20,450 nucleotides of DNA from Myxococcota bacterium (lineage in GTDB: Bacteria > Myxococcota > JACRCW01): NCBI GenBank assembly GCA_040752415.1, contig JBFMGU010000193.1, positions 1-20,450 on the forward strand, in the 5' to 3' direction. Below, piece by piece: positions 6,544 to 15,078 of this stretch (the stretch's first letter is position 1; each line of letters opens with the position of its first letter). The position numbers were made by a program, and so were the translations under genes. The notes under the pieces were generated by a model that was not told the origin of the DNA, did no database searches, and was given only the letters and a program-made list of their open reading frames with translations.

Positions 6544-8316
6544 ATGAAGACGCAGAGATTGGCCTCTTCGCTGTTTGCGCTGGCGGCAGTAACCGCGCTG
6601 GGCGCGGGATGTCCGGGCTGTCCGCCGGAGGAAGGTGGTGAGGACGCGGGTCCCGGGACCACGACCAGCTCGTCGAGCAGCAGCTCGTCCAGCTCGTCCA
6701 GCAGCAGCTCCTCGGGCTCGGTGAGCAGCACCAGCACGTCGAGCAGCTCCTCCAGCAGCAGCAGCTCCTCGAGCTCCTCCAGCAGCTCCACGAGCTCCAG
6801 CACGTCGAGCAGCTCCACCAGCTCCTCCGGCACCACCGGGACGAGCACGAGCTCCTCGTCCAGCTCCAGCACGTCGGGCAGCACCAGCAGCTCCTCCGGC
6901 GTGGTGGGCACGAGCACCAGCAGCTCCAGCTCGTCGAGCAGCACCAGCAGCAGCAGCAGCGGCGGCGCCAATGACCAGGTGCCGGACTGCAACGGCTACT
7001 GCACCTCGGTGTTGACGGCCTGCACGGGTGAGAACGCCCAGTACGCCGATGTCGCCGACTGCCTGAACCACTGCAGCGTCATGCCGATCGGAACCAACGA
7101 CCAGGCCGCCGGCACTGGAACAGCCAACAGCCGCGCGTGCCGTTACTACCACTCCACCGTGGCGTCTCAGTCTGCTCAGAACGCCACCGACCACTGCGAC
7201 CACGCCGGCCCCACGGGCGGCGGCGTCTGTGGCGACGTTCCTGTTGACAGCGCATGCGAGCACTTCTGCGACTTGGCGCTGACGGGCTGCGTCGACGCGA
7301 ACGCGCAGTACGCCGACCGTGCGGAGTGCCTCAATCACTGCCGCGCATTCCCCGTGACGGACCAGGCACAGAACAGCGGTAACAGCGTCGAGTGCCGCAC
7401 GTATCACGCGGCCGTCGTGACTTCCGACCCGACCAACAACGCTGGTGAACACTGTCCGCACATCGGTGCGACTCCTGCCGCAGGGTGCGTCACCACGGCC
7501 TGCGACCACTACTGCGACACCATGGAGACGTACTGCACAGGTAACAACGCGCAGTACGTCGATAGAAACCACTGCATGGAGACGTGCGACAATCTGCTGC
7601 CGGGCACCCCCGGCTCTACGCCGGAAAACACCCTGGCCTGCCGTCAGTACCACGTCCTCGCGGGTTACTCGCTGCAGGACCAGGCGACCCACTGCATCCA
7701 CGCGGGCCCCGCCGGCGGCGGTGTCTGCGAGGACGCCGCGGGTCCGTGCGAGACATTCTGCGATCTGCAGGGCGAAGCCTGCGGCTACCTGGAGAACATC
7801 ACTGATGTGTACGCGCAGTATCAGGACCGCACGGAGTGTCTTGCGCTGTGTGCGGACTTCTACAAGTTCTACCCGGCGTCCACGACGGCCGACACGCTGG
7901 AGTGCCGTCACTACCACGCGTCTGCGGCGCTCGGTGACCCCTTGGTACACTGCGGCCACGTCGCCACGGACTCAGCGCCCTGCACCGAGATTCCTGCGGT
8001 CGTTTCCGGCTGCCAGGAGGCGAACTACGTGACGGGGCAGACGGCCATCGCCACGCAGGGCCAGGCGTACAACCCGAAGTGCCTGCAGATCACCGCGGGG
8101 ACGGAAATCACCATCGCGGCGTCCAGTTTCCACCCGCTGCAGGGCCAGGCGGACATCGCGCTGGTCAACAACCCGCTTGCCGTGGACACGCCGGCGCAGG
8201 CCGACGTCACCATCACTCTGTCCGAGCCCGGCTTCTATGGGTTCTACTGCACCAACCACGGTACCCCGGACGGTCAGAACATGGCCGGCGCGGTCTGGGT
8301 CACGCCTGCTCCCTGA
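6544..8316 (+). CDS. Lipoprotein: Ser/Thr linker, four Cys/His-rich repeats, C-terminal cupredoxin (plastocyanin-like type-1 Cu) domain
   Basis: AAAGGA 6 nt before ATG 6544; lipobox-like ALGAGC; repeats start at 6988, 7255, 7501, 7747; cupredoxin features YNPKCLQITAGTEIT, HPL, PGFYGFYC-TN-H-x7-M-AGAVWV. Confidence 0.9.
   Translation: MKTQRLASSLFALAAVTALGAGCPGCPPEEGGEDAGPGTTTSSSSSSSSSSSSSSSSGSVSSTSTSSSSSSSSSSSSSSSSSTSSSTSSSSTSSSGTTGTSTSSSSSSSTSGSTSSSSGVVGTSTSSSSSSSSTSSSSSGGANDQVPDCNGYCTSVLTACTGENAQYADVADCLNHCSVMPIGTNDQAAGTGTANSRACRYYHSTVASQSAQNATDHCDHAGPTGGGVCGDVPVDSACEHFCDLALTGCVDANAQYADRAECLNHCRAFPVTDQAQNSGNSVECRTYHAAVVTSDPTNNAGEHCPHIGATPAAGCVTTACDHYCDTMETYCTGNNAQYVDRNHCMETCDNLLPGTPGSTPENTLACRQYHVLAGYSLQDQATHCIHAGPAGGGVCEDAAGPCETFCDLQGEACGYLENITDVYAQYQDRTECLALCADFYKFYPASTTADTLECRHYHASAALGDPLVHCGHVATDSAPCTEIPAVVSGCQEANYVTGQTAIATQGQAYNPKCLQITAGTEITIAASSFHPLQGQADIALVNNPLAVDTPAQADVTITLSEPGFYGFYCTNHGTPDGQNMAGAVWVTPAP
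6658..6960 (+). repeat. Low-complexity poly-Ser/Thr coding tract (about 100 codons)
   Basis: Runs of AGC/TCC/TCG/ACC/ACG codons inside the lipoprotein gene. Confidence 0.95.
6988..7983 (+). repeat. Four tandem protein-level repeats (about 80-90 aa each) with 8 Cys and 3 invariant His
   Basis: Consensus C-x3-C-x6-C-x5-QY-x5-C-x3-C-xn-[ND][ST]xxCRxYH-xn-HCxH-x7/8-C in all four; repeat 4 has an insertion before QY. Confidence 0.93.
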
Positions 8317-8343
8317 GGGCGGTTGAGATAGCTAGCAGCAATG

Positions 8344-8389
8344 GAAGCCCCCTGGCCGTTTCGCTTGGCCAGGGGGCTTCTCCTTTCTT
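8344..8389 (+). terminator. Intrinsic terminator
   Basis: Perfect 14-bp stem GAAGCCCCCTGGCC (8344-8357) / GGCCAGGGGGCTTC (8367-8380), 9-nt loop, then TCCTTTCTT; begins 28 nt after the stop at 8316. Confidence 0.85.
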
Positions 8390-8482
8390 ACGAGACGGCC
8401 TTCCGTTGCCCGACCGGTGCGGTGGCGCGTAGCCTCAGTCTGTCCTCTTGCACATACCCACGCCTGACGCTTTGGAGCGCCA

Positions 8483-9052
8483 ATGAGGAACTTGTTGCGA
8501 CTCATCGCGTTGTTCGCCGTGACCGGCACCGTCGCATGCCAGTACTTCCAGGTGGCCACCTGTGATTCTCCCGACGATGATTGCGGGGATGGCCACTACT
8601 GCGATGTGAACGAGGGACTCTGTCGCAAAGGGACCTCTCCTGACGCTGGGATTGAGTCTTCGTCCAGCTCATCCAGCACCTCGTCGTCGAGTTCCGCGAC
8701 GTCATCTAGTTCCTCCGGCTCATCGACAAGCGCGAGCTCGAGCGCCTCAGCATCATCCTCCTCGACGACCAGCAGTTCTGGTGGCAGTGCCACATCCACG
8801 TCTTCGGGAGGGCCCGCAACGTCGACATCGGCGAGTTCACCGTCAACTTCTTCATCGAGTTCTGGCACTGGTTCTGGAGGATTCCAGACACCGCCACCGA
8901 GGGTCATGACGGTCGTGGGCGCCAACGGCCGCGCGAGCGGCGCGGGCAAGACAATCGACTTCGTGATCGGGCAACCATTGACAAAGACAATCCAGGGTGG
9001 CGTCCACATCATCGCGCCGGGGTTGGCTCCGCTGACCACTTCACATCCTTGA
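8483..9052 (+). CDS. Small lipoprotein: 4-Cys module, Ser-rich linker, C-terminal 'IGQP' beta segment (putative fibre anchor)
   Basis: GGAG before ATG; lipobox TVAC; CDSPDDDCGDGHYCDVNEGLC; poly-Ser; C-terminal VVGANGRASGAGKTIDFVIGQPLTKTIQGGVHIIAPGL. Confidence 0.85.
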   Translation: MRNLLRLIALFAVTGTVACQYFQVATCDSPDDDCGDGHYCDVNEGLCRKGTSPDAGIESSSSSSSTSSSSSATSSSSSGSSTSASSSASASSSSTTSSSGGSATSTSSGGPATSTSASSPSTSSSSSGTGSGGFQTPPPRVMTVVGANGRASGAGKTIDFVIGQPLTKTIQGGVHIIAPGLAPLTTSHP

Positions 9053-9060
9053 GGCACGTC

Positions 9061-11157
9061 ATGAGGATACATTGGCTCGTTGTCGGAACGGCGTGCGTCA
9101 CCCTTCTCGTCGGCAACGCAAACGCCGCGCCCCCGGACGCTGTGCGGCTCCAGGGGGTCCTCCGCGAAGAGGCTGGTGGCCTACAGGATGGAGTCTCCAA
9201 CTTCCGCGTGAGGTTGCTAGACAACGGCGTGGCATTCCTCGACGAGACCTACTTGGACGTGCCCGTCCGAAGTGGCGTCTTCGAGCTCGAGATCAAGCCC
9301 ACGAGCGGGAGCCTGGCTGCGCTATTGAGACAGCACCCAGGCGCGATGATCGAGATCAGCGTTGATGGGGACCCGCTCTCGACTGAGCCGCTGGCCTCAT
9401 CTCCATTCGCGCTCTACTGCGGTCACGCAGACTCCGCCGACAATGCGCTCCAGCTGAACGGCGTTCCAGCCTCCGAGCTTGTTCGGAAAGCGGATCTGTC
9501 CGATGGCGACGCGTCGACATCTCCGGTGAGTTGGCAGGACCTCGTCTCCCTGCCAAGCGGCTGTCCCGAGGGGCAGTTCGTCGTCGGAATCGACGGTACA
9601 GCGGGCGCATTGGAATGCGCAGTTCCGGCGGGTGGGGGTGACATCACGGCAGTGTCAGCCGGGACGGGCCTCATTGGCGGCGGTCAAGGCGGTGATGTCT
9701 CCCTTGGGGTCGACCTTGTGGTCGTGCAAGCGCGGGTGGACCAGGGTTGCCCCGCCGATAGTGCAATCCGAGCGGTTCTCTCGGACGGCAACGTTGAATG
9801 TGAACCGGTGTCCGCGACGCTGCTGCCTGACTCGGTGACGGCCGCCCACCTCGCATCCGACTCCGTCGGAGCCGATGAACTTGCCGACGATGCCGTCGGG
9901 CCGCGGAGTATCGCTCAGGGAGCGATCACCCGGGCACATCTGACGCAGGAAGACTGTGCCATCGGCCAAGCCTGGGTGTACGACGAAACCGGCTGGGTAT
10001 GTGCCGACGTCAATCCCATCACCGCCGGACCGGGAATCACGCTCTCCGGAGGCGTCGTGTCGCTCGATACGATGCCTCCGCAGATTGCGCGTACAAATCT
10101 ACTCTCTTCCTTCGCGACGGGTTCGTTCGTGGCGTCAGCGATCACCGTGACGGCTGACGGGCTACCTCTGGTGGCATTCTTCCAGAACGTGCCGAACTTC
10201 GACCTGCGCGTTCTGAAGTGCCACGATACCGGGTGTGCCACTGGCCAAGTACATACGCTGGATACAGAGGACGCTGGCTACTACCTCTCCATGGTCACGC
10301 CACCAGATGGTCTTCCCGTGATCATTTATGGTCGGGCCGTGGCCGGATCGCTCCACCTTCATGCGGCAAAATGCGTGACGCCAGAATGTTCTGCCGTGAC
10401 CACCAACGTGCTGTTCACGCAGGGCACCATCGCCTTCACAACGACCGCGCTGGGTACGGATGGACTGCCGATCTTGTCCTTCTACGACGAAGCCGCGGGA
10501 AGCCTCAGTATCGCCAAGTGCTCGGATGTGTCGTGCACCGCCGCGGCCGTGCGTTCTTTGACCACCAGTTTCACCATCGGCTCGACATCGATTGCAGTTG
10601 GCCCCGACGGCCGCCCAGCAGTGGCATTCTATGACGTGAACGCTGGGGATCTTCGTCTCGCCGCCTGCACCAGTTCTGACTGCTCCGGTGTGGCAACTTT
10701 CAACACCGTCGACACCACTGGGGACGTCGGTCACGGGGTTTCCATGACGGTCGGTAACGATGGTCGCCTGATCATGGCCTATGCCGACGTAGGCAATGGA
10801 GCGCTCAAGGTCGCGAAGTGTGCCGATGCCACGTGCTCGAGCTCCACCAAATACACGGTCGACACCGGACAAGTAGGAACCTCATCAAGCATCACAATGT
10901 TCGACGACGGACTGCCCCTTATCGCATATCAGGACTATGGCAACGATGATCTGAAGACGGCCAAGTGCACAACCCCGGACTGCGCGAACTCGGTCATCAC
11001 GAGGATCGATAGCACGGGTGACGTGGGGTCGTTTACCGCCGCATCCCTCGGACTGGATGGGACTCCGGTGGTCGCCTACCGAGACGTGACCAACCAGAGC
11101 CTCAAGCTCGTGAAGTGTGCAAACAGGTTCTGCGTCTCAAACTGGGCCCGACGTTGA
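9061..11157 (+). CDS. Secreted fibre/adhesin-like protein with C-terminal 7-bladed beta-propeller
   Basis: GAGG before ATG 9061 (TTG 9049 alternative); signal peptide ending ANA; N-domain LQGVLR...VPVRSGVF...EISVDG...LASSPFAL; stalk-like motifs GDITAVSAGTGLIGGG and DSVTAAHLASDSVGADELADDAV; seven repeats of about 50 aa. Confidence 0.85.
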   Translation: MRIHWLVVGTACVTLLVGNANAAPPDAVRLQGVLREEAGGLQDGVSNFRVRLLDNGVAFLDETYLDVPVRSGVFELEIKPTSGSLAALLRQHPGAMIEISVDGDPLSTEPLASSPFALYCGHADSADNALQLNGVPASELVRKADLSDGDASTSPVSWQDLVSLPSGCPEGQFVVGIDGTAGALECAVPAGGGDITAVSAGTGLIGGGQGGDVSLGVDLVVVQARVDQGCPADSAIRAVLSDGNVECEPVSATLLPDSVTAAHLASDSVGADELADDAVGPRSIAQGAITRAHLTQEDCAIGQAWVYDETGWVCADVNPITAGPGITLSGGVVSLDTMPPQIARTNLLSSFATGSFVASAITVTADGLPLVAFFQNVPNFDLRVLKCHDTGCATGQVHTLDTEDAGYYLSMVTPPDGLPVIIYGRAVAGSLHLHAAKCVTPECSAVTTNVLFTQGTIAFTTTALGTDGLPILSFYDEAAGSLSIAKCSDVSCTAAAVRSLTTSFTIGSTSIAVGPDGRPAVAFYDVNAGDLRLAACTSSDCSGVATFNTVDTTGDVGHGVSMTVGNDGRLIMAYADVGNGALKVAKCADATCSSSTKYTVDTGQVGTSSSITMFDDGLPLIAYQDYGNDDLKTAKCTTPDCANSVITRIDSTGDVGSFTAASLGLDGTPVVAYRDVTNQSLKLVKCANRFCVSNWARR
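10135..11133 (+). repeat. Seven protein-level repeats of about 50 aa (propeller blades), each with DG[LRT] and C-x4-C
   Basis: Blades contain CHDTGC, CVTPEC, CSDVSC, CTSSDC, CADATC, CTTPDC, CANRFC, each preceded by a DG[LRT][PL]xxx[YF] segment. Confidence 0.9.
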
Positions 11158-11248
11158 AGTCGGGTTAGCGTTCACGAGTTGGTTCGCATTGGTGATGACG
11201 CAGAAGGACGTGTCCAACCGGAAGAGCCCCAACTCGACTCAGTTCAGC

Positions 11249-14083
11249 TCAATGCTGCACATACACCCCGAACATCGCCGTTGACCCTTCCCGCGGCAGC
11301 AGCTCCTCCACGCGGTCCGGTCGCGGCACGTCGTCGCGGTAGTCGTAATCCAGCGCGTTGTACAAGCTCGCCTCGAACCCCACCCAGCCCAGGATGGGCC
11401 GCGTGCGCAACGTCAGGTTCACCAGCGAATACGCCGGAATCTTGAACGCGCGCAGCCGCTCCAGCGTCGAGCGCACGTTGTTCCTGCGCTCACTTCCCAG
11501 CAGCACATCCGCGTGCAGGCTCAGCAGCTCGAACAGCTCGATGTTCCCGCCGAAGTTCGCCCGGAACTGCGGCACCACCGTCAGGTAGCTCACCTCCGTC
11601 TGCGCGTAATCCCCCGGGAAACCCGTGATGGCGTCGACATACGTGGTGGGCTGCGTCCAATCCGGGCGCACCACGGTCCCCTTCTTGGGCCGGGAGAACC
11701 ACCCGCGGTGCCAGCTCACGTTCGCATAGAGATACGCCCCCGGCGCAAACTCCACGCGAAGCTCACTCTCCGCGCCGCCAATCTGCCGATAACCGGAGTT
11801 GTCAATGGGCGCGGCATCTCCCGTCTCATCAATGCGGTCGATGCTGTTCCCGATGAAAGAGTAGAACACGTTCCCCGCGACCTGGTACCGGAACCCCAAC
11901 AGCGAAAACGCATAGTCAATCCCGGTCTCGGCGGTCTGGATGTACTCCGGCTCCAGCTTGTCATTCCCGATGTACACACCCGGCGAGAGCTCGCGGTAGC
12001 TCAGCGAGGTCTGGTCGTACTTCTCCTCGAACGTGGGCGCGCGGAAGGCGGCTCCGTAGAGCAGCTTGAACGCCAGGTCATCCACCGGCTCGAACACCAG
12101 CGCGGCGCGCGGCGTGATGTGCGTGCGCGGGTCCCATTTGACGTCGTGGAAGAAGTTCACGCGCAGGCCCACCGTGCTGTACAGCCGGTCCAGCATGCGC
12201 CATTCATCCTGCGCGTAGACGGCGCCGCCCAGGCGGAACGCACGGTTCTGGTTCTGCGGCAGCGCGCTCAGGGACGGCTTTCGCAGGTCGCGCAGGGCCA
12301 CGCCTTTCTCGTCGCGGTTGAGGGTCCATTCGTAATACGGGATGACGTTGCCCTCACCCAGGATGCCCAGGTTGAGCCGGTGCCGGAAGAACAGCGGCAG
12401 CAACACGCGCCCTTCCGCGCCCGCGGAGTTGCTCACGTAGAGCGAGCGGCCCTGCACGCCGTAGCGGAACACCTCGCGTCTTCCGTCGCCATTGCGGTCC
12501 TCGGTGGAATAGTTGTCCGGCGTGAACTGCAGCCGCCGGTCCACGAAGTGCCCGTCCCCGTAGATGCGCAGCAGCGCTTCTCCCCCGTCGCCGAACGGCT
12601 GCGCATAGCCCACGTCCGCCGTGCCGATGATCCAGCGAAGCTGGGAGCGCGGCCCCAACGTGTCGAACACGCCGAAGTACGGCCCGCGGTCCTCGTAGCT
12701 GAAGAATGTCCGACCAAACCCGTGCCCGCCCTTCAGGAACGGCGGCGCCACGTCGACCTTCGCCGTCAGCGCGGTGCTCGCCTCGCGCGCGTCGGTGAGC
12801 ATGGTGTTCGCTGGCCGCTCCAGGCCGGTCTCGGAGAATCCATCCTTCGTCACCGCGGTGCGCTGACCGCGCGTCACCTTCGCGTAGCCGCTGGCATAGC
12901 CTTTCGCGCCGAACGCGTTGATTCCCCCCGCCGCCGACCCCTCCGGTGCAAACAGGCCCGCGGCACCGGCGTCGTTGGCGGGGTCATGCGGGTCAGGTGA
13001 AACCACGGTGGGCGTCATCTGCGCCTTGCCCGCGAGCGTGTATTGGCTGGGCTTCAGCAGGCTCACGCCGGTGCGCACGCGCACGTGCTCATGCTCGCGC
13101 GTGACGACGTTGACCACGCCCAGGAAAGCGCCGGTGCCATAGAGCGCACTACCGGGACCGCGGATGATCTCCACACGTTCGATGATGTCCGCCGGGATGT
13201 CCCAGGGATTCCGCCCGTCGTAGATGTTGGCCACGCGGTGCCCGTCGACGAGCAACAGGATCTCCGGGTCGCTGCGGATGCCGCGGATGGACACCTCGTC
13301 AAAACCCAGGATGGTCTTGCTGGTCTCGAACCCGGGGACGATCTTCAACACGTCCAGCAGCGTGCGCGCGCCCATCTGCTCGATGCGTGAGCGGTTGATG
13401 ACGGTGATGATGCCGGGCGCGGTCCGCGTGCGTTGCGCGTAGGTGGACGCAATGGCCGTGGCGTCTTCCGCCGCGAACACCCGGAACTCCTCCTGCAGTT
13501 TTCCCGCCGCCAGGTCGGCCGCCTCGTCGACGCGCAGGTCGGTGGGCTGTGGACGCGTGCGCCTCAGTGCTCCGCCGCCCAGGGTACCGCCGCCCGCGCG
13601 CTCGCCGGTGCGCAGCTCACGCTCTTCCGCGGTCTCCAGCGGATTCTCCTCGGCGGGCGCCGTGGTCACGGGCGCGGCACCGCTTCCCGCCACCGGCAAC
13701 ACCACCGGGGCCTTTGCGCTCCCGTGCACCACCAGCGCCTTCCCCGCCGTGGTCTGCACCACCACGAAGATCTCAAGCGCGGGCGGCTGCACGTTCTCGC
13801 CCTCGATGCGCGCGATCCAGACGTCAGCGCCGTTGGCGTCGTCGTCCTTGACCATGTCCACGGGCGAGTATTCCTTCTGCCCCTGCACGCGGAAGCGCAC
13901 GCGGGCCCGCGCCACCTGTCCCCCCGGCTGGAACGTGCCGCGCACCTCCAACGGCTGCCCCTGCTGGGGGCTCAGCGTTTCCGGCGTGAAGGAGATGGTC
14001 TCCTGCGCACGCGCCACGCTCCCGACGAGCAGCGTCAGCGCCACACAGGACATCGTCAGGAGCCACGGGTGTTTCCGGAGCAC
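11249..14083 (-). CDS. TonB-dependent receptor with N-terminal beta-sandwich extension
   Basis: Signal peptide ending VARA-Q (GTG 14083 likely; start uncertain); plug motifs PGIITVI...GARTLLDVLKIVPG, SIRG, LLVDG, IERVEIIRGPGSALYG...GVVNVVT; barrel motifs YAQDEW, YGAAFRAPTFEE, GNDKLEPE, YNALDYDY. Confidence 0.95.
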   Translation of the reverse strand: MLRKHPWLLTMSCVALTLLVGSVARAQETISFTPETLSPQQGQPLEVRGTFQPGGQVARARVRFRVQGQKEYSPVDMVKDDDANGADVWIARIEGENVQPPALEIFVVVQTTAGKALVVHGSAKAPVVLPVAGSGAAPVTTAPAEENPLETAEERELRTGERAGGGTLGGGALRRTRPQPTDLRVDEAADLAAGKLQEEFRVFAAEDATAIASTYAQRTRTAPGIITVINRSRIEQMGARTLLDVLKIVPGFETSKTILGFDEVSIRGIRSDPEILLLVDGHRVANIYDGRNPWDIPADIIERVEIIRGPGSALYGTGAFLGVVNVVTREHEHVRVRTGVSLLKPSQYTLAGKAQMTPTVVSPDPHDPANDAGAAGLFAPEGSAAGGINAFGAKGYASGYAKVTRGQRTAVTKDGFSETGLERPANTMLTDAREASTALTAKVDVAPPFLKGGHGFGRTFFSYEDRGPYFGVFDTLGPRSQLRWIIGTADVGYAQPFGDGGEALLRIYGDGHFVDRRLQFTPDNYSTEDRNGDGRREVFRYGVQGRSLYVSNSAGAEGRVLLPLFFRHRLNLGILGEGNVIPYYEWTLNRDEKGVALRDLRKPSLSALPQNQNRAFRLGGAVYAQDEWRMLDRLYSTVGLRVNFFHDVKWDPRTHITPRAALVFEPVDDLAFKLLYGAAFRAPTFEEKYDQTSLSYRELSPGVYIGNDKLEPEYIQTAETGIDYAFSLLGFRYQVAGNVFYSFIGNSIDRIDETGDAAPIDNSGYRQIGGAESELRVEFAPGAYLYANVSWHRGWFSRPKKGTVVRPDWTQPTTYVDAITGFPGDYAQTEVSYLTVVPQFRANFGGNIELFELLSLHADVLLGSERRNNVRSTLERLRAFKIPAYSLVNLTLRTRPILGWVGFEASLYNALDYDYRDDVPRPDRVEELLPREGSTAMFGVYVQH

Positions 14084-14252
14084 GGCGCTAGCCTGCCGCA
14101 GGTCCCCCACCCGCGCCAACCACAAGCTTCATCCCACGCCACCGCCCCCGCTCGCGCCCGTCCTGGCTCCGCCGCCATCCGCCGCCTTGCACGACGTCAC
14201 CCGTCTGGTACCTCCCCGGAGAAGCGGCAATTGTCGTCGGGAGGGCGGGGCC

Positions 14253-14591
14253 GTGCAGGGGCGTCAGCAACCCGGGGTGCGCCATCCCGTCGTCACCTCG
14301 CGAGAGTTCCAGCGGGAGGTCCTCGGGCGCGCCACGCCACCTGCGTCCCCACGTCGCACCGGGATGGCGCCACGCCGCCCACACCGCCTCCGTGACAACG
14401 TCATCCACACGCTGGCGCGGCATCCCCTGCTGGACGCACGTGGCATCACCGTCTCCCTCCGTGACGGCGTGCTCACGTTGGAAGGCCACGTGCCCGACCG
14501 CGAGTCCCGACGGGTCGCGGAGGATGTGGCGCTGGCGGTCGACGGCGTGGTGGACGTGGTCAACAGGCTCAGGGTCCACGCTCCGACGTGA
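14253..14591 (+). CDS. Single BON-domain protein
   Basis: LRDNVIHTLARHPLLDARGITVSLRDGVLTLEGHV...AEDVALAVDGVVDVVNRLRV; GGAGG 8 nt before GTG 14253. The longer ORF from 13443 overlaps the TonB receptor and is not credible as the start. Confidence 0.88.
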   Translation: MQGRQQPGVRHPVVTSREFQREVLGRATPPASPRRTGMAPRRPHRLRDNVIHTLARHPLLDARGITVSLRDGVLTLEGHVPDRESRRVAEDVALAVDGVVDVVNRLRVHAPT

Positions 14592-15072
14592 GCCCCAACG
14601 CCTGACGCGCGCGGGCTGCCACCTCCCTCGGAGGAAGCGTCCCGTCAACGACGACGGCGTCGGCCGGCTCCTCCAGCGCGTGGAACTGGCTCTCCAGGAT
14701 GTCGGCCGAAGCGAAGTGCCCCCTGCGTGACGCCAAGCGCGGCGCCACCACCTCCGCGGGAACCTTCAGGTAAACCCAGCGCACGTCGTCACCAGGGCGC
14801 GCCAGCACGTCCCGGTATGCCTGCTTGAGCGCGGAGCACGCCAGCACCACGCTCTCCCCGCGCGCCAGCCAGCGTTCCACCTCGCAACGCAACGCGGCGA
14901 GCCAGGGAGCGCGATCCTCGTCGGTGAGCGGGGTCCCCGCGACCAGTTTGCGGATGTTGACGTCGGGGTGGAAGTCATCCGCGTCCACGAAACGCCAGCG
15001 CAGCCCAGAAGCCAGCAGGGTTCCCACCGTGGTCTTGCCGGCGCCGGAAACGCCCATCACCACCACGACCAC
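14569..15072 (-). CDS. gntK: Gluconokinase (GntK/IdnK type)
   Basis: VVMGVSGAGKTTVG P-loop, DADDFHP, G.PLTDEDRAPWL, ACSALKQAYR, R.GHF...LESQFHALEEP. Confidence 0.95.
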   Translation of the reverse strand: MVVVVMGVSGAGKTTVGTLLASGLRWRFVDADDFHPDVNIRKLVAGTPLTDEDRAPWLAALRCEVERWLARGESVVLACSALKQAYRDVLARPGDDVRWVYLKVPAEVVAPRLASRRGHFASADILESQFHALEEPADAVVVDGTLPPREVAARARQALGLTSERGP

Positions 15073-15078
15073 GGAGGC

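Noticed and set aside
6276..7959. Leu/Glu-rich (6276-6992) and Ala/Gly-rich (6502-7959) minus-strand ORFs
   Set aside because: Reverse-complement readings of the poly-Ser tract and the lipoprotein gene.
6988..7983. Multihaem cytochrome c interpretation of the Cys/His repeats
   Set aside because: No CxxCH motif; the Cys pairs are C-x3-C not followed by His, and the even Cys count fits disulfides.
11158..11248. attC-like site or terminator between the convergent fibre and receptor genes
   Set aside because: Only short complementary patches (CGAGTTGG/CCAACTCG); no convincing R/L box structure, U-tract or integrase.
13443..14252. Long N-terminal extension of the BON ORF
   Set aside because: Overlaps the TonB receptor gene on the opposite strand; an SD-supported start exists at 14253.
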